DNA of 64,000 nt from Utricularia gibba (GCA_002189035.1 NEEC01000014.1:3081731-3145730); one strand, 5' to 3'. Shown: positions 25,908-39,836, counted from the stretch's first letter. Program-made: numbers and translations. The notes: generated by a model from the sequence alone, not told the origin.

Positions 25908-27108
25908 CACTATCCTACAACGACTCTAGACTTGTCCTCAAGTCTAAAACAGAAAATAAAACAGAAAATCGAAGATTGAGTCTGCTGAGGCAAAGAAAAG
26001 GTTTCGATTCATGCTATCCATGCAAGGAGTGAAGAGAGGAGGTAGCAAGTGCGGGTAAGAATATTGTCACTCAAGCACAGATAGTAGAAGTTACTCGCAT
26101 GCTTCATGTGTTAAAAAATCACATCTGCACGGGCACGAACTTGATCCTAACAGGCAGTGGCAGACTAATAGTGACATGTATGGGTTTTACCTTGCAAGAC
26201 ACATACAAATTGTAACAAGAATGATGGCTGAAAATGAAAATGATGCACATGGAGGTACTTAACAAGAACATAGAGACTTGAGAGCTCTTCCACTACAACA
26301 TAGAACTTAGTGACATGTATGGGTTTTACCTGTGTTCATCCTTATTCCTCCTAGAGTGGTTGGCCAGACCATTGAATATGTTCAGGGAAAATGATGAGTG
26401 CATAGTGTCTAAGCCTCAAACTCTAATTTTGTATAAGATATTTTTTTTTTACAGCACGGCTTTTCTGGTGTGCCTTCCTTTTGTACCTCTCTTCCTCTTT
26501 TTTTTTTTTTTTTTTACATATAGCTCGGCCTTTTTTTTTTAGATTTGAGCTTGCCTTTTATCATTGAAAATTTTTTATGTGCGTCGGCCACCATCTATGT
26601 GTCTAACTCAGCACTCCTCAAACATCCACATACTAGCAAGCCACATACAAGCTATTCACAAGAAAGTCCTAGTGCAGATAGAGCAAAACACAGGTCGCAT
26701 GCATGCACTTTTCTACAAAATCTGGCTACCCTCATATAAGTCTTACGCATGTAGGAACTAAAAAGGCTGAGTCCTAACAGAAGCGAAGAGGTAGGTATCC
26801 TACATGTCTAGAATGAACCGAAATTCCTAAACATGCTCAGCAGTACTCGAGGCAACAAAAGACAGACAAACAACTACAAAACACATGCAAAGACTCATAA
26901 AACACAGAACAAAATTTACAAAACAAAGAGGGTAAAGGTCAGTCAAGGCTTAGGAGGAACAGTAGGACTTACGCATGTCTGTAAGTCAAATAGGGTCTCC
27001 AAATACATCTTCAGGGTTCCTACAGTTCTTCTCAACTCATGAATTTCCTTCAAGCAGCAGTAGGGGCCGCACTCTTGGGACTACCCCTCACCGGGGTTCT
27101 GAAATTAA

Positions 27109-27366
27109 CTAGTCCTCAAGAAAATCCGCATAAATGAGGTCTGGTGTGAGTGGGGGTCCAGGGGTAAAGCGCTCTGGTGGAGGAGGAGTAGTAGAAAGTT
27201 TTCCATGGAAGAGTCGCAACGTTCTGAGAAAGGAAGGAATGCGCGCAAGAGAGAAAGTAGTTGTTGGGAAGAAGGGTTTCCCACTCTTTTTAAATTGAAC
27301 CCACTGAGCCTGTGTAACTAAAAATAAAGAAAGAGTTGCAACTACACAGGATATGCGCCATTGCAT
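27109..27366 (-). CDS. 85-aa ORF downstream of Athila pol with a signal-peptide-like N-terminus (hypothetical)
   Basis: MQWRISCVVATLSLFLVTQAQ...TTPPPPERFTPGPPLTP; lies where Athila env-like ORFs usually sit; no homology recognised. Confidence 0.25.
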   Translation of the reverse strand: MQWRISCVVATLSLFLVTQAQWVQFKKSGKPFFPTTTFSLARIPSFLRTLRLFHGKLSTTPPPPERFTPGPPLTPDLIYADFLED

Positions 27367-27555
27367 CAGAAACTAACAGTGGGACAAACAAATTCAACAA
27401 GATAACGGATTGCAACCTCACAAAATCAGAATGCATAACTAAAAGTACAAAAAGAAAATAAAAATGCACAAAGGAAATAAAAGTAGAAAATACTGGTTAC
27501 CTCCCAGCAAGGACCCTAGAATAAGTCTTAGGGTAAGACTTAAGTGCAGAATCAC

Positions 27556-28940
27556 TTAGAGGGGAATTTCAGTGAATGTCACCGCATCCACAGGGTGTCC
27601 CACTTCATCAATCATAAGCTCATGGAACACTTTCAATCTGTGACCGTTCACAGTAAATGAGCTATGCATGTCTCTATCAAACAACTCAATGGAACCATTA
27701 GAATTCACATGTTTAATCAAAAAAGGTCCTTCCCAACGAGATTTCAGTTTACCTGGGTGAAGTATGAGTTTAGACTGAAATAATAATACCTTTTGTCCAG
27801 AGTCAAAGTGCTTTCGCAAGATCTGACGGTCATGAAATAATAATATCTTAGAATTCATGTAGGCCTCATGTCTTAGTTCATCAAGCTCTGAAAGTTGGAG
27901 CTTCCTCAAGTCACCACTGCCTTGAATTTCTAAGTTCACTCGCTGGATCGCCCATCTTGCCTTCTGCTCTAATTCAATAGGCAAATGGTAATGTTTACCA
28001 TATACAAGACGAAAAGGATACATACCGATGGGGGTTTTGAAGGCTGTGCGAATCGCCCACAAGGTGTCATTCAGCTTGGAGCTCCAGTCCTTGCGAGAGG
28101 AAGTCACAGTCTTCTCTAAAATTTGCTTGATCTCTTTATTAGAAACTTCTACCTGCCCGCTGGTCTGAGGATGGTAAGAATTAGATGGGTTGTACCAGAC
28201 TCCATAGCTTTTCAGCAATCTCTCCATAGCCTTGTTAAAGAAATGGCTTCCACGATCACTGATCAAGGCTTTGGGTTCCAAACCTCACAAAGATGTTATT
28301 CTTCAGAAAACGTATGACTGAATGAGTATCTTGTGACTTGGTGGGAATTGCCTCTATCCACTTTGAAACATAGTCCACTGCCACCAGAATGTACTCATAG
28401 CCATCATAGTTTGGAAAGGGGCCCATGAAGTCTATTCCCCACACATTGAACACTTCTGGAACCACAATTGGCTGCATTGGCATTTCATGCCGGTTTGAGA
28501 TATTCCCTGTTCTCTGATAGTTCTCGCAGCTCTTAGAGTAAGACTTGGCATCTTTGAAAACTGTTGGCCAATAATAACCACAATCCAGCACCTTCTTGGC
28601 AGTACGGTTAGGACCATGGTGCCCTCCACAAGGAGATGCATGACAGAATGCCAACACTTGCTGAATATCATCTTCAGTCAAGCAGCGTCACACAACACCA
28701 TCAGCACAATTTTTCCACAGATAGAGGTCATCCCATAAATAGTGCTTACTCTCACTCTTCAACTTCAGTTTCTCATAACTCTTTAAGTCCAAAGCCATCT
28801 CTCCAGTGCACAGATAATTGGCTATGTCAGCATACCATGGTTCACTAGTCTTGCCTGCATCAGCCTTAATTGCACATAGTTGTTCATCTGGAAATTCCTC
28901 AACAATTGGAACACCATCCGTGGGTTGCTCGATTTTGCTA
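27556..28940 (-). pseudogene. pol: Athila integrase (frameshifted)
   Basis: CHASPCGGHHGPNRTAKKVLDCGYYWPTVFKDA, WGIDFMGPFP, YILVAVDYVSKWIEA, HPQTSGQVEVSNKEIKQILEK, GKLKSRWEGPF. Confidence 0.93.
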
Positions 28941-29217
28941 AGATGTGTTGATGCAAGAAAAAGAGAGTTTTGGGAAGTAACAAAAAGGTAATGCTTCTGA
29001 GATCACCTTGGATGAAAAACGACTCATGAACAATAAGAATGACCAAAACCTAATTAACACGCATTCCTAGTAGAGTTTATATATACCCAATACCTAAGTT
29101 ACCCTACAGTGGGCCACAATTATTGAAAACACACAAAAAGCCCAACAATTCGAATCCAACACTTCCATGCTCGAACTCAACACCTTTTTATCTGAAATAT
29201 AACATTATGACACAAGA

Positions 29218-32200
29218 TTAGTGCTTCCAATCACCTTCAAACTTTGGATTGAGGCTGATCTCCAACACTCCCCCCAGACCGAGATCTTCCAACTTGAGAA
29301 AGTCTTCTATAGTCATGAGATTCATGTTCTTCCTTGCTAGCTCAAACTGAACTCTGTTCAAACCTTTGGTGAGCCCATCAGCAAGCTGATTCCCACTCTC
29401 AACATACTGCACCTTAATCTTCTTCTCCTTGATGTAATTCCTTAGACATGATACCTGATTCTTATGTGCTTGGCTTTGCTGAAGTTCGTTGGATCTTTGG
29501 CAATGGAGATTGCAGCTCGATTATCCATAAGCAAATGTGTAGCTTCCTTTTATATGAATCCAAGTTCGTTTAGCATCTGCCTCAACCAAACACAATAGTT
29601 CGAAGCATATGCTGCTGAGATGTATTCTGCTTCAGCTGTTGATTGTGCTACCACTTTTTGTTTCTTCGAAAACCAGACTATAGGGGTCTTATTTAAGAAG
29701 AAGAGTGCAACAGATGTACTCTTGCTATCTTCAGCCATACCATAATCACTATCTGAGTAGGCTCTAAGTTTCAAGACTGGTTTTTCACCTTGATAGGGAT
29801 AGAACAATCCGAAATCAGTAGTAGATTTTATGTACCTGAAAGCTCTTTTCACAGCTGCCATGTGAGTTGTTGTTGGTTTGTTGAGGAAGCGAGATAAGAC
29901 ATTTACACAAAAACACAAGTCAGGCCTTGTATGCTGGAGATAAATGAGCCTTCCAATCATACTTCTATAAGTAGTGGCATCCACATTCCTTCCCTGATTG
30001 TTCTCTCCAATCACTTGTTTGTAATCCAAAGGCGTTTTTGAAGGATTGACATCTTTGAACCCAAACCTATCAAGAAGTTCATTACAGTACTTTTTCTGAG
30101 ATATAAATGTTCCAACACCTTCAAGTTGATGAATTTCCATGCCTAGATAATAGGACATCATTCCAAGGTCAGTCATCTTGAATTCATTTTTGAGTAGAGC
30201 TTTGAATTCCTCAATCTTCCTTTCATTACCTGAGGTAATCATAAGATCATCCACATATAAGCTAATAAATAAATGATGTGACCCTCTAATCTATAGAGAT
30301 TAGCAACCCACAAAAAAGAGGTGATTTTGAAGCTTAGAAGAGAACCCACCCAAGTCTACCCTCAAGGGAATAAATCTCCTGCAACCAGACTTCGAAACAA
30401 AGAAAATTAGGAGCCACACTTCAGAAAAGAGAGATTGATTGGAAGTGATAATCCTAGAACGCCACAAGCTCAAAGCTTGATAAGTTAAGAGTGTTCAAGC
30501 ACTCAAAGGAGAGGGGAATCCTCACAAGATACATAAAATGACCAAAGATCCTGAATTAGTACATCTCTAGAGTATTTATACTCTAGAATTGGGCTCTAAC
30601 ATTACATAGTCCAAACTAAATGAAATAGAAAAGTCTAACAAGCCCAATGCTCTAAGTTAAGTCCATCTTCAAGTAGTTGAGCTCTTTTGATGGGATGTCT
30701 TCAAACCCATGTTTGATTCCAATGGTATTGAGTAGACCCTTAAGTGTATTTTCAACATCTTTATCTTGCTCCTAGTCATTGGTCCTGGTGGAATCATCTT
30801 TCTTTCTAATTTGTTCACTTGAACAAACTCCTCATCATTCTTCAAATACACTTCATTATCTTCCTGGGGCTCATCAATAAACGATCATCTTCTTTTCCTT
30901 TAACATATAATGAGTAATCACTATATGTTTTTCTGAAACCAATACCCTGGAGAAAGTTATCCATGCGTTCATTCCATGCTCTAGGAGCTTGCTTCAACCC
31001 ATAGAGAGATTTCTTTAGCTTCAATACCTTGTCTTCATGACCTGACACTTCGAAGCCCTTTGGTTGTTCAACAAAAACAACCTCCTCCAATACACCATTC
31101 AAGAACGCAGTCTTGACATCCATGTGATGCACTTTCCATCCATGAGCAGCTGAAATGGCAAGAAGTACTTTAATTGTGTCAAATCTTGCTACTGGTGCAA
31201 AAATCTCATGAAAATTTATTCCTTTGATCTGACTATATCCCTTGGCTACTAATCTAGCCTTATATTTGTTGATAGAGCCATCTGCATTCATCTTGGTTTT
31301 GAATAACCACTTGAGGCCAATAGGTTTGAAACCCCTATCCTTGGGTTTCTCAACTAACTCCCATGTTTCATTTTCAAGTATAGAATTCATTTCTTCCTTC
31401 ATGGCCTCTCTCCATTTAGGATTTTGTACAGCCACTTCAAATGATGTTGGATCTCCTGTCAATAATCCAGCCGAAATATCAGCCACAACATCTTGGACAT
31501 CATCATTCAACTTGGAGAAACTTATTGTAGGAGCCTTGTTTCTTTTGCTTCTTCTAATGTCAGTAACATGACTATCTTCATTATCTATTGAATCTCTGAT
31601 GTTTTTGCGTTTTCTCCTTTGCCAATCACGATCAGATGGGTAATAATCTTCATCATCAGTATCAGGTTCTTCTCCATTAGATTCATCTGTTGATGAGTCT
31701 TCTGCATTCGTGCCTTGCTCCTCTTCCTGGATTTCGAAATTCCCATCTGTAGGTTGATTATTGGCCTGATGAGATCGTCCATATAGGGGTTCAGAGTTTG
31801 ATTCTGAATTCTCATTGGACGAGCCATCTTGATTTGTGACCTTCTCCTCCTCTTGAGCTGGAAAATTCTCATCTAAATGCTGATCATTTACTTGATTTGA
31901 ATCTTCATGAACGAGTTCTGAAGTTTAGGGTTTGTTGAATTGCTGGAAGAGAAGTTTTGAGGCATGTGTGTCCAGAGGTCTCGTTTCACATGGGTGCTAT
32001 GCCTTTCAAGACTTTTATGAGCTTCTGCATCACTCAGAGCAATGCAATCATCAATTAAAGTATACCTTGCACCTTCATCAAAAGTGACATCATGGCTGAG
32101 GATAAATTTCTTCTGTTGAGGTAGATAAACTTTATATCCCTTGGTAGTGTTGCTATAACCAACAAATACACCAGATACAGATTTCTTTTCAAATTTTCCT

Positions 32201-34482
32201 CGTTTTTGGTCTGGTATATGAGTAAAACACAGACTACCAAAGATTTTGAGATGATCAACCTTTTTAATATAACCATGCCATTTTTCATGGGCGGTTTTTC
32301 CACTAATCGCCCTTGAGGGAAGCAAATTCAATAGATATACAGATGTAGATACCGCTTCAGCCCAGAAACTTACAGGAAGACCTTTCTCAAACAATAGGCA
32401 TCTTGACATATCAAGGATTGTTCTGTTTCTCCTTTCACATATACCATTATGTTGTGGAGAATATGGTACGGTGAATTGATGCATTCCCTCATTTTCACAG
32501 AACATTCTCATGCTATTATTGTAGAATTCGCCTCCATTGTCTGATCTAATCATCTTCAAAGAGCACCCACTCTGATTCTCAACCATCACTTTGAATTTTC
32601 GAAAGATATGAGGAACTTCTGACTTGCTTTTAAGAAAGTAAACCCAACAATAACGTGAATAATCATCAATGAATGTAACAAAATATCTACTCCCCCCTAA
32701 TGAACATTCCTTAAATGGTCCACAAACATCTGTATGCACAAGCTCTAATTTCTCCTTTGCTACTGAATCACTGGAATAAAAGGGCTTTCTACACTGTTTA
32801 CCTTGATGACACAATTCACATATGGCATTAGCAAACTTGATGTCTTTCAATTCCAGTATTTCCTTATTCTTCTGCAATATTTTCAGATTGTTGAAGTTAT
32901 AGTGCCCAAAACCTTTTGTGCCAAAGGTTGCTTTGATCTTGAAGTGAGAAAATACAACTTTTATGATCACTGACCATGATTTGGTAGAGGTTGTAGATGG
33001 TCAACACAGCATGGAATTCAATCTTCGTTTTTGGATCAGCAACCTTAACTGTAGTGGTTATACCGCCAGCATCTTTCATCAGCTCAATGTCAAAACCTTG
33101 CCTGCTCAATTGGCCAAAGCTCAACAGGTTCTGTTTGAGGTTTGGTGAATAATAAACATCATCAACTTGAACAATTCCTTCTTTTAGCAAGAGTAAAATG
33201 CTTCCTTTACCCACAATGCCAATATTTTCACCAGTGCACGTGCTTACCTCCTTTCCAATCCTTTCAAGCTTGAGAAATGACCTTGTATCACAACATACAT
33301 GATAGGAGGCACCAGAGTCCAAGTACCAGCCTTTAACATCTGAGGCTACTGTCATTAGAGCACACTCATACTCAAAAGGATCTTCAAAAGATATTTCTGG
33401 CTCATCTTCAAAGTAGGTAAAGAATGCATGTGATTTCTCTTCCCTGGAAGTAGCCTTCTTGTTATGCTCAACTTTTATTGGATTTGACATTCCACATACC
33501 TTGTCAAGATGGCCTCTTTGATTGCATTTCGTGCACGAAGCATCAGGCTTCCACCAACAAAACTCACTCCTGTGATTCTGTTTGTTACAATGCTTGCAAG
33601 CATTTGTGCTTAAAGTCCAACAATCTTCACTCTTATGGTTGGATTTGTCACAATGCCTGCACTTCTGATTGCCCATCGTTGATGTGGGGATTGACGTTGG
33701 TGATTATTTGATGGCTGTTGATTTGGCATCCTTGACATTGTTAATTGCACCTGAGTTTATATTCATATTCTGCATTTTGGTGAGGAGAGCAGCTTCACCA
33801 TAAGTTTTCTCAACTTCATAACCATCTCTTATCTCCAATCTCTTTTCTGTAGATTGCAACTCAATCATGAACTCTCTAAATGTTGGCTCTGGTGTAACAG
33901 GATATTCAGGATATAACTGATGGAGCTTTCCTTCGATAATGTCAAGGATTTTTCTTTCTGTCTCAAGTGTACATAACTTTGGCTCGAATCTTGCAGGTAG
34001 GCTCATGATTGCCTTGCTAATCACCTTTTGATCCTCAAGTTTTTCCCCCAATCCTCGAATCTCCTTCACAAGCTTCGCAGTACGTTCATATAGACTTGTA
34101 TGGTTTCATTGTCTAACATTTTGTTCCTCTCAAAGTCCTCCAGCTTGTTTTTGCATAATATTTCTCTCAATTTGGCATCACCTTCATAATGGGATTTGAG
34201 AGTATCCTATATTTCTTTTGCCGATTGACACTCTGCAATATCATCAAATAGATGTTCAGAGATTGCTTGATACATGGCATCCATTGCTTCATCTTTTCTC
34301 TGTTGAAGATATTCAGCTTCCTCGTTCTGTTCTGATGTGGATTTGCTTGTTATTGTAATCGCCGGAATCTCCCTTTCGACAACATCCCAAATCTTTCTGA
34401 CCCGCAGGTAGCTGCGCATCTTTTTGACCCAGCATCCATACTCTGAACAATCAAATATTGGAGGTCCTCTACCAGATGCCAT
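29218..34482 (-). pseudogene. pol: Copia A gag-pol (gag, CCHC knuckles, protease, integrase, RT, RNaseH), broken by stops, frameshifts and a solo LTR
   Basis: Protease WYLDSGASYH; integrase LVHTDVCGP, FIDDYSRYCWVYFLK, IRSDNGGEF; RT KARLVAKGY, HMDVKTAFLNG, YVDDL; RNaseH STAEAEY. Confidence 0.95.
30274..30876 (-). mobile_element. CRM solo LTR (603 bp) with TSD ATAAA, inside copia A RT
   Basis: TGATG...CATCA termini; ATAAA at 30269-30273 and 30877-30881; encodes the CR-motif-like GPMTRSKIK; absent from copies C and D. Confidence 0.92.
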
Positions 34483-34926
34483 CATAGTCACCGCTTGACA
34501 AGCTTTGGGTTGATACTTTGTAATCCACCAAGTAAAAACGCTGAACGGTAAATAAAATACTGAAACGAGCACAGGTTTGAGAACCTTACTGCTATGATAC
34601 CATGTTGATGCAAGAAAAAGAGAGTCTTGGGAAGTAACAAAAAGGTAATGCTTCTGAGATCACCTTGGATGAAAAACGACTCATGAACAATAAGAATGAC
34701 CAAAACCTAATTGACACACGCATTCCTAGTAGGGTTTATATATACCCAATACCTAGTTTATCCTACAGTGGGCCACAATTATTGAAAACACACAAAAAGC
34801 CCAACAACTCGAATCCAACACTTCCATGCTCGAACTCAACACCTTTTTATCTGAAATATAACATTATGACACAAGATTAGTGCTTCCAATCACCTTCAAA
34901 CTTTGGATTGAGGCTGATCTCCAACA

Positions 34927-36974
34927 AGATGATCTGCAACTTCATTGATCTTCCCAGGCTTATCCCTGATTTCCACATTGAACTCTTGCAGCAATAACAC
35001 CCACCTCATAAGCCTCGGCTTGGTCTCCTTCTTGGACATGAGGTGTTTGATGGCGGCATGGTCTGTATGCACAATCACTTTGTTACCCAACAAATAGCTT
35101 ATAAACTTTTCCAAGGCAAATACAACAGCTAGCATCTCCTTCTCGGTTGTAGTGTAATTTGCTTGAGCATTATCCAAGGTTTTGGAGGCATAGCTGATGA
35201 CAGTGTCTTTTCCATCAAGTTTCTGGCCCAACACAGCTCCTACTGCATAGTTGGATGCATCAGTCATGACATGGAATGGTTCACTCCAGTTGGGCGCTTG
35301 TATGATAGGAGCTGATGTCACGGCTGCCTTGAGAGTTTCAAAAGCATGCTTACATTCATCTGAAAAAATAAACTCAGCATCCTTCTGCAAGAGATTGGTT
35401 AGTGGTCGAGCAATTTGAGAAAAACCTTTAACAAACCTTCTGTAAAATCCGACATGACCTAAAAATGCACGAACTCCTCTTTCATCATGTGGATATGGTA
35501 AACCAGAAATAGTACTTACCTTAGTAGTATCTACCATAAGACCTGCTGCAGAAACAACATGCCCAAGTACAATTCCTTGGCGTACCATGAAATGGCATTT
35601 TTCAGAGTTCAAAACTAAATCTTTCTCAATACAACGTTTCAAAACAAGTTCTAAATGATTCAAACAATCATCAAAACTAGTTCCATGCACAGTAAAGTCG
35701 TCCATGAATACTTCAATGAAATCATCAATATAATCCGAAAAAATGCTGGTGACACACCTTTGAAAAGTCGCTGGAGCGTTGCAGAGACCAAATGGCATCT
35801 TCTTGTACGCATAGATGCCAAAGGGACAGGTAAAAGTCGTCTTTTCTTGATCAACCGGTGCCACAGCAACCTGGTTATACCCTAAGTACCCATCAAGAAA
35901 GCAATAAAAACTTTTACCACTTAACCTGTCCAACATTTGGTCCACGAAGGGTAGAGGGTAGTGATCCTTCCTTGTGACTTCATTCAGGTTCCTATAGTCA
36001 ATACATACCCTCCAGCCATTCTGAACTCGCATCGCCACCTTTCTTTCCATCAGCATCTTTGACAGCTGTAATTCCTGTCTTTTTAGGGACTACGTGGATA
36101 GGACTTACCCACGTGCTATCAGAAATTGAATAAATCACTCCAACTTTCAACACCTTCTGTATCTCCTTCTTCACTACCTCGATGAGGGTAGGATTGAGCC
36201 TTCTCTGTGGTTGTCTAACCGGTTTTGCTCCGTCTTCAAGATAAATCCTATGCATGGTGACAGAAGAGCTAATTCCGGTTATATCATCTAATGTCCAGCC
36301 GATGGCCTTGCTGTTAGCTTTGAGAACATCCATCAACTTCATCTCTTCTTCACAAGAAAGATCAGCACGAATAATCACCGGCTTTGAATTGTCACCAATA
36401 AACGCATACTTGAGATGTGAAGGCAAGGGTTTCAATTCTGGTGGTGCAACACTAGTCACCTCTCCAAGCTTCACCAAGTCTTTATCTTCAATGAAACATT
36501 CCAGAATTACATGCTCAGCTTCCTCCTCATCAAGATTTCGAGAATATCATGCTGCTCTTCATCAAAAACTTCCTCCACTAATTCATCAACGACATCAACT
36601 CCAGTCACACGTGCAAAATCATCAGAGAACTTTTCAGCTTCATTGATCTTAAAGATAGAGATATTATCAGCATAACCAATAGTGATGACCCCTTTCCTAC
36701 AATCAATTTAAGCATTGGCAGTAGCTAGGAAAGGGCATCCCAGAATTAAAGTATTATCATTCACCCTAGCGGGTGGCATTTTAACAACAACAAATTCACA
36801 TGGATAGCAAGTGTTAGAAACTCGGACGAAAACATCTTCAGCAATACCCTCTGGAACAGCCACGGATCTGGTTGCAAGTTGCAATTTCAAGTTGGTTGGC
36901 CTGAAGGGTTCCAAATCCAGTGCTAAATAGACTTCATAAGGCATCATGTTGATTGAAGCGCCTTGATCTGCCAT
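34927..36974 (-). pseudogene. pol: Athila protease-RT-RNaseH (frameshifted)
   Basis: Protease MADQGASINMMP; [30 protein letters not shown]-like [14 protein letters not shown]; RNase[33 protein letters not shown]. Confidence 0.93.
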
Positions 36975-38763
36975 TGCCCTTCATAAGACTTTTCCCATTG
37001 ATCCGGCATTTGCTGTGTCAGATAGGCTGAGACTTGAGCACTGACTTTGATCACTTCTTCATCCTTGCTCTTCCTCTTCGAACTACACAGGTCTTTCAAT
37101 ACTTTCATCCCTTTCGGCACTTGCCTTAAATAATCTACAGCCTTCATGGTGATCATCGCAGAGTCTAAGGCTGAGATTATGGAGTCCTTCTCTTCTTGCC
37201 TTACTCGAGCTTGTAATCTTCCAGGAAAAGGAAGTGTCCTCTTGATCTCAACAGTAGGTTCCCCTGCTGTTTTTCCTTGTGTCCTATCCTCCGAATTAAC
37301 TTCAGGACCTTCAGCCACTTTGCTTTGACTTGTAGGGGCCTTCCGGTCAGGTAGTTGCTTCCCCCCACGAAGTTCAATAGCAGAAATATTTGCTTTTGGA
37401 TTGGCATTTGGCTGAGATGGTAGTTTCCCTGAATTTCCTTTCAGTTCAGCAAGCTCTGTAGCAGGTTGGCCAATTTGCCTCTCAAGACTCTTCATCATCT
37501 TCTCTGATTCAGCATCTCTCTTTGCTTGTTCAGCATCACGCTTGGCCATATTTTCCAACATCATCTTCATCATTTCTTCGGTTGGAGGAGGTGGTTTAAC
37601 ACCCGAAGTGCTTGGCTGGTCGACTCTCTGATGTGGGGGTTGATAAGGCTTGCTTTGATACCTATTCCCCTGCTGAACACTCTGTCCTTGCTGAAACGAA
37701 ATTGTTTGAGCTGGTTGCTGCTGTTGATTAAATCCCAGATGTTGTGGATTTTCAACATTGGTGCTTCTCCAACTGTAATTGCGATGACTCCTCATAGGGT
37801 CAAATCGCTGGTCATTCTTGGGCCTTAAATAATCAGCTCTATTATACATGTACCCATTGCAGTCACTCCTTCAAGTGGTTCTTCCAGATTTCCTTTCATG
37901 TAGCAATGATCAAGAGTATGCCCCAAAATTCCACAGACTTCACAAGGCACGGATTTAGTATGAACAAGAAATAATCCTTTCACCATATCCTTCAATTCAG
38001 CAATATCCTTGTCATTTCTTGCTGCTTCATCTTCTCTTAGTACTCCCATCTCATTCACTTGTCGTTGGGCTCTGGATGGAAATTGAGAATGCCTTGAATG
38101 TCCAACCATTTCTTTAATTTTCTCCCAGCCTTCAGATGGGGTAAGAGTCCTCATATTCCCATGTGCAGCAGAATCCAACTTATCTCTTTGGGCAACAGTC
38201 AAGCCCTTCAAAAAACACTTAACTTGCTTTATTTTATCAAATTCATGATGTGGGCAGCTCGAAAGGAGAGTTGTGAACCTGTCCCAATACTCATGTAGAG
38301 GCTCATTATAATCCTGAAAAATAATTTCAATTTTGCTTCGAATTTCGTCTGCTCTAGAGGTAGGAAAAAATTGATTTAAAAATGCTTTCTTCATTTCCAT
38401 CCAACTTCTAATACTTCCAGGTTCAAGTGTGTTGAACCATGTCTTGGCATGTCCTTCAAGAGTAAATTGGAAAACTCTAAGTAGTAAATCATCCTCAGTC
38501 ACATCCTTGGGTCGCAGCACAGCTCCAACAGCAATACAATCATCAATATGCATATGAGGATCCTCATTCTTGTTCCCATAATACTTAGGAAACAGAGCAA
38601 GGGTTCCTGGCCTCAACTCCAAATTAATTGCTGCTGTAGGAAAGGTAATGCAGTGCCCTCGGTATGTATGATCTGGAGACTCATACTCTCCAATAGTCTT
38701 CTCCAAAATATTCACAAGCTGTTGGTTATTTGGTGGGTTGTCAGCCATCTCTTCGGCTCTCAA
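36944..38763 (-). pseudogene. gag: Athila gag (two ORFs, frameshifted)
   Basis: LELRPGTLALFPKYYGNKNEDPHMH, FQFTLEGHAKTWF, YWDRFTTLLSSCPHH, SGKLPSQPNANPK, AIELRGGKQL. Confidence 0.88.
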
Positions 38764-38900
38764 CTTAGCCTCTTACTGACTTTGTTTGTGCTTCTTTCTC
38801 ATTAATTTTTCGGTCCTCTCGATCTCCAAATCAAGGAGTCCAAGTGGACCTGCAAGGGAACGTAAATGCATTAACAATAGAAAAATTAACAGACATCATT

Positions 38901-38917
38901 CCTCGGTAGCGGCGCCA
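38901..38917 (-). other. Athila primer-binding site (tRNA-Asp type)
   Basis: TGGCGCCGCTACCGAGG lies 3 nt after the 5' LTR end, resembling the Athila PBS TGGCGCCGTTGCCGGGG. Confidence 0.8.
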
Positions 38918-38920
38918 TTT

Positions 38921-39836
38921 TGATGAACGTTGGGAATGGGTTTGCTAAATGTCGCAGTTTAGCACATTCAACACATCAAAATAAATTTATAAACCGAGCT
39001 ATTCTACTACACAAATCACAAGAATTAATGTAGTGTGGCAAGCAAGGGTCGAATCCACAGGGAATGGGTTTTACACCAGGGTTTAACATAAAGATGCAGA
39101 AAACATAAAATAAAAGTAATTTGGATAGGTTTTACACCAGGGTCTGGCTCTTGTGTCACTCAAGAGAGCCCATAGGCTTAAACCCAGCTTAAGAACGCTT
39201 AAAAAGAGAGTAAGAGTTTGAAAACAGAGTATGCGTGCGCAGGAACAGTAAATGGCATATCAAGCTTAAAGGGAAACATGAAAGGCTTAATAAAGAACAT
39301 GATTAAACGCAGAAATAAGGTCTACAGAGGTTTTATCGTTCACGACAAGGTACAAGAACATAACAGAAAGCATGTAAACGTTGAAGGAAACACCAGCTAG
39401 TTGTTAACGAAATATAAGTGTAGAAAATAGAAAATGAAGTGTCTAGCGGTTGCTCTCGGTCGTAGATCTACTGGAAATCAAGTTTCTGGGCAGAAAGACA
39501 GTGTAAACACGTAGATCTGGAGGTCGCTGGAGTCGTTCGCTGGAGAAACGAAGTTCTCCTTGCTCCTGCTCGCTCCTCTTCGCTGTCTGTGCACTCTGCG
39601 TGCACAGTGTACTCTCTCTCTTCTCTCCCTTCCTTTTCCCTTTTGCAGCTCAAAATTAAGGGTAGCATTGTCCTTTACTCAGTCTTATAGAAGGGAGATC
39701 TCTGCTCCAAATCTTATCTTTTCAGCGGAAAATGACTTTTGTATAGCTTTTCTGTCTCCTTTGACTTGTCAACGCGGAAAGTGTGCTGCTACAATACTAG
39801 CTCTTACCCTGATAAGACTTAAAACATAGACTAGAC
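38921..39836 (-). repeat. Athila 5' LTR, lacking about 170 bp at its 5' end
   Basis: Colinear with 24753-25735; homology stops at aaaacatagactagac (39836). Confidence 0.88.

Larger units (their letters stand above)
15347..34926. repeat. Left arm of giant inverted duplication (mirrors 44454-64000)
   Basis: Dozens of identical or near-identical translated ORFs occur on opposite strands with coordinate sums of 79347-79380; base 64000 mirrors 15347. Confidence 0.98.
28946..34926 (-). mobile_element. Ivana-like copia copy A, full length but defective, with TSD AGATG
   Basis: LTRs 28946-29267 and 34603-34926 (about 7 substitutions and one indel); PBS at 34591-34602; AGATG at both 28941-28945 and 34927-34931; inserted in Athila pol, splitting ADHL/SKIE. 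Confidence 0.95.
24753..39836 (-). mobile_element. Ty3/gypsy Athila element, interrupted by copia A
   Basis: 3' LTR 24753-25907 (TGATAA...CATCA), truncated 5' LTR 38921-39836, Athila-type PBS, and gag-PR-RT-RH-INT in gypsy order. Confidence 0.9.

Noticed and set aside
26169-26331. 24-bp exact direct repeat (tagtgacatgtatgggttttacct) 139 bp apart, superficially CRISPR-like
   Set aside because: Only two copies, inside an Athila 3' non-coding region in a plant genome, with no cas genes.
31242-31571. Recurrent ORFs starting MATNL (also 24560, 47808, 54515) that look like a small gene family
   Set aside because: They are antisense frames of the copia RT; recurrence reflects the element copies.
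34896-34930. Athila pol ORF ending in VGDQPQSKV, suggesting a novel C-terminus
   Set aside because: It is read-through into the inserted copia LTR (TGTTGGAGATCAG...), not a genuine protein end.
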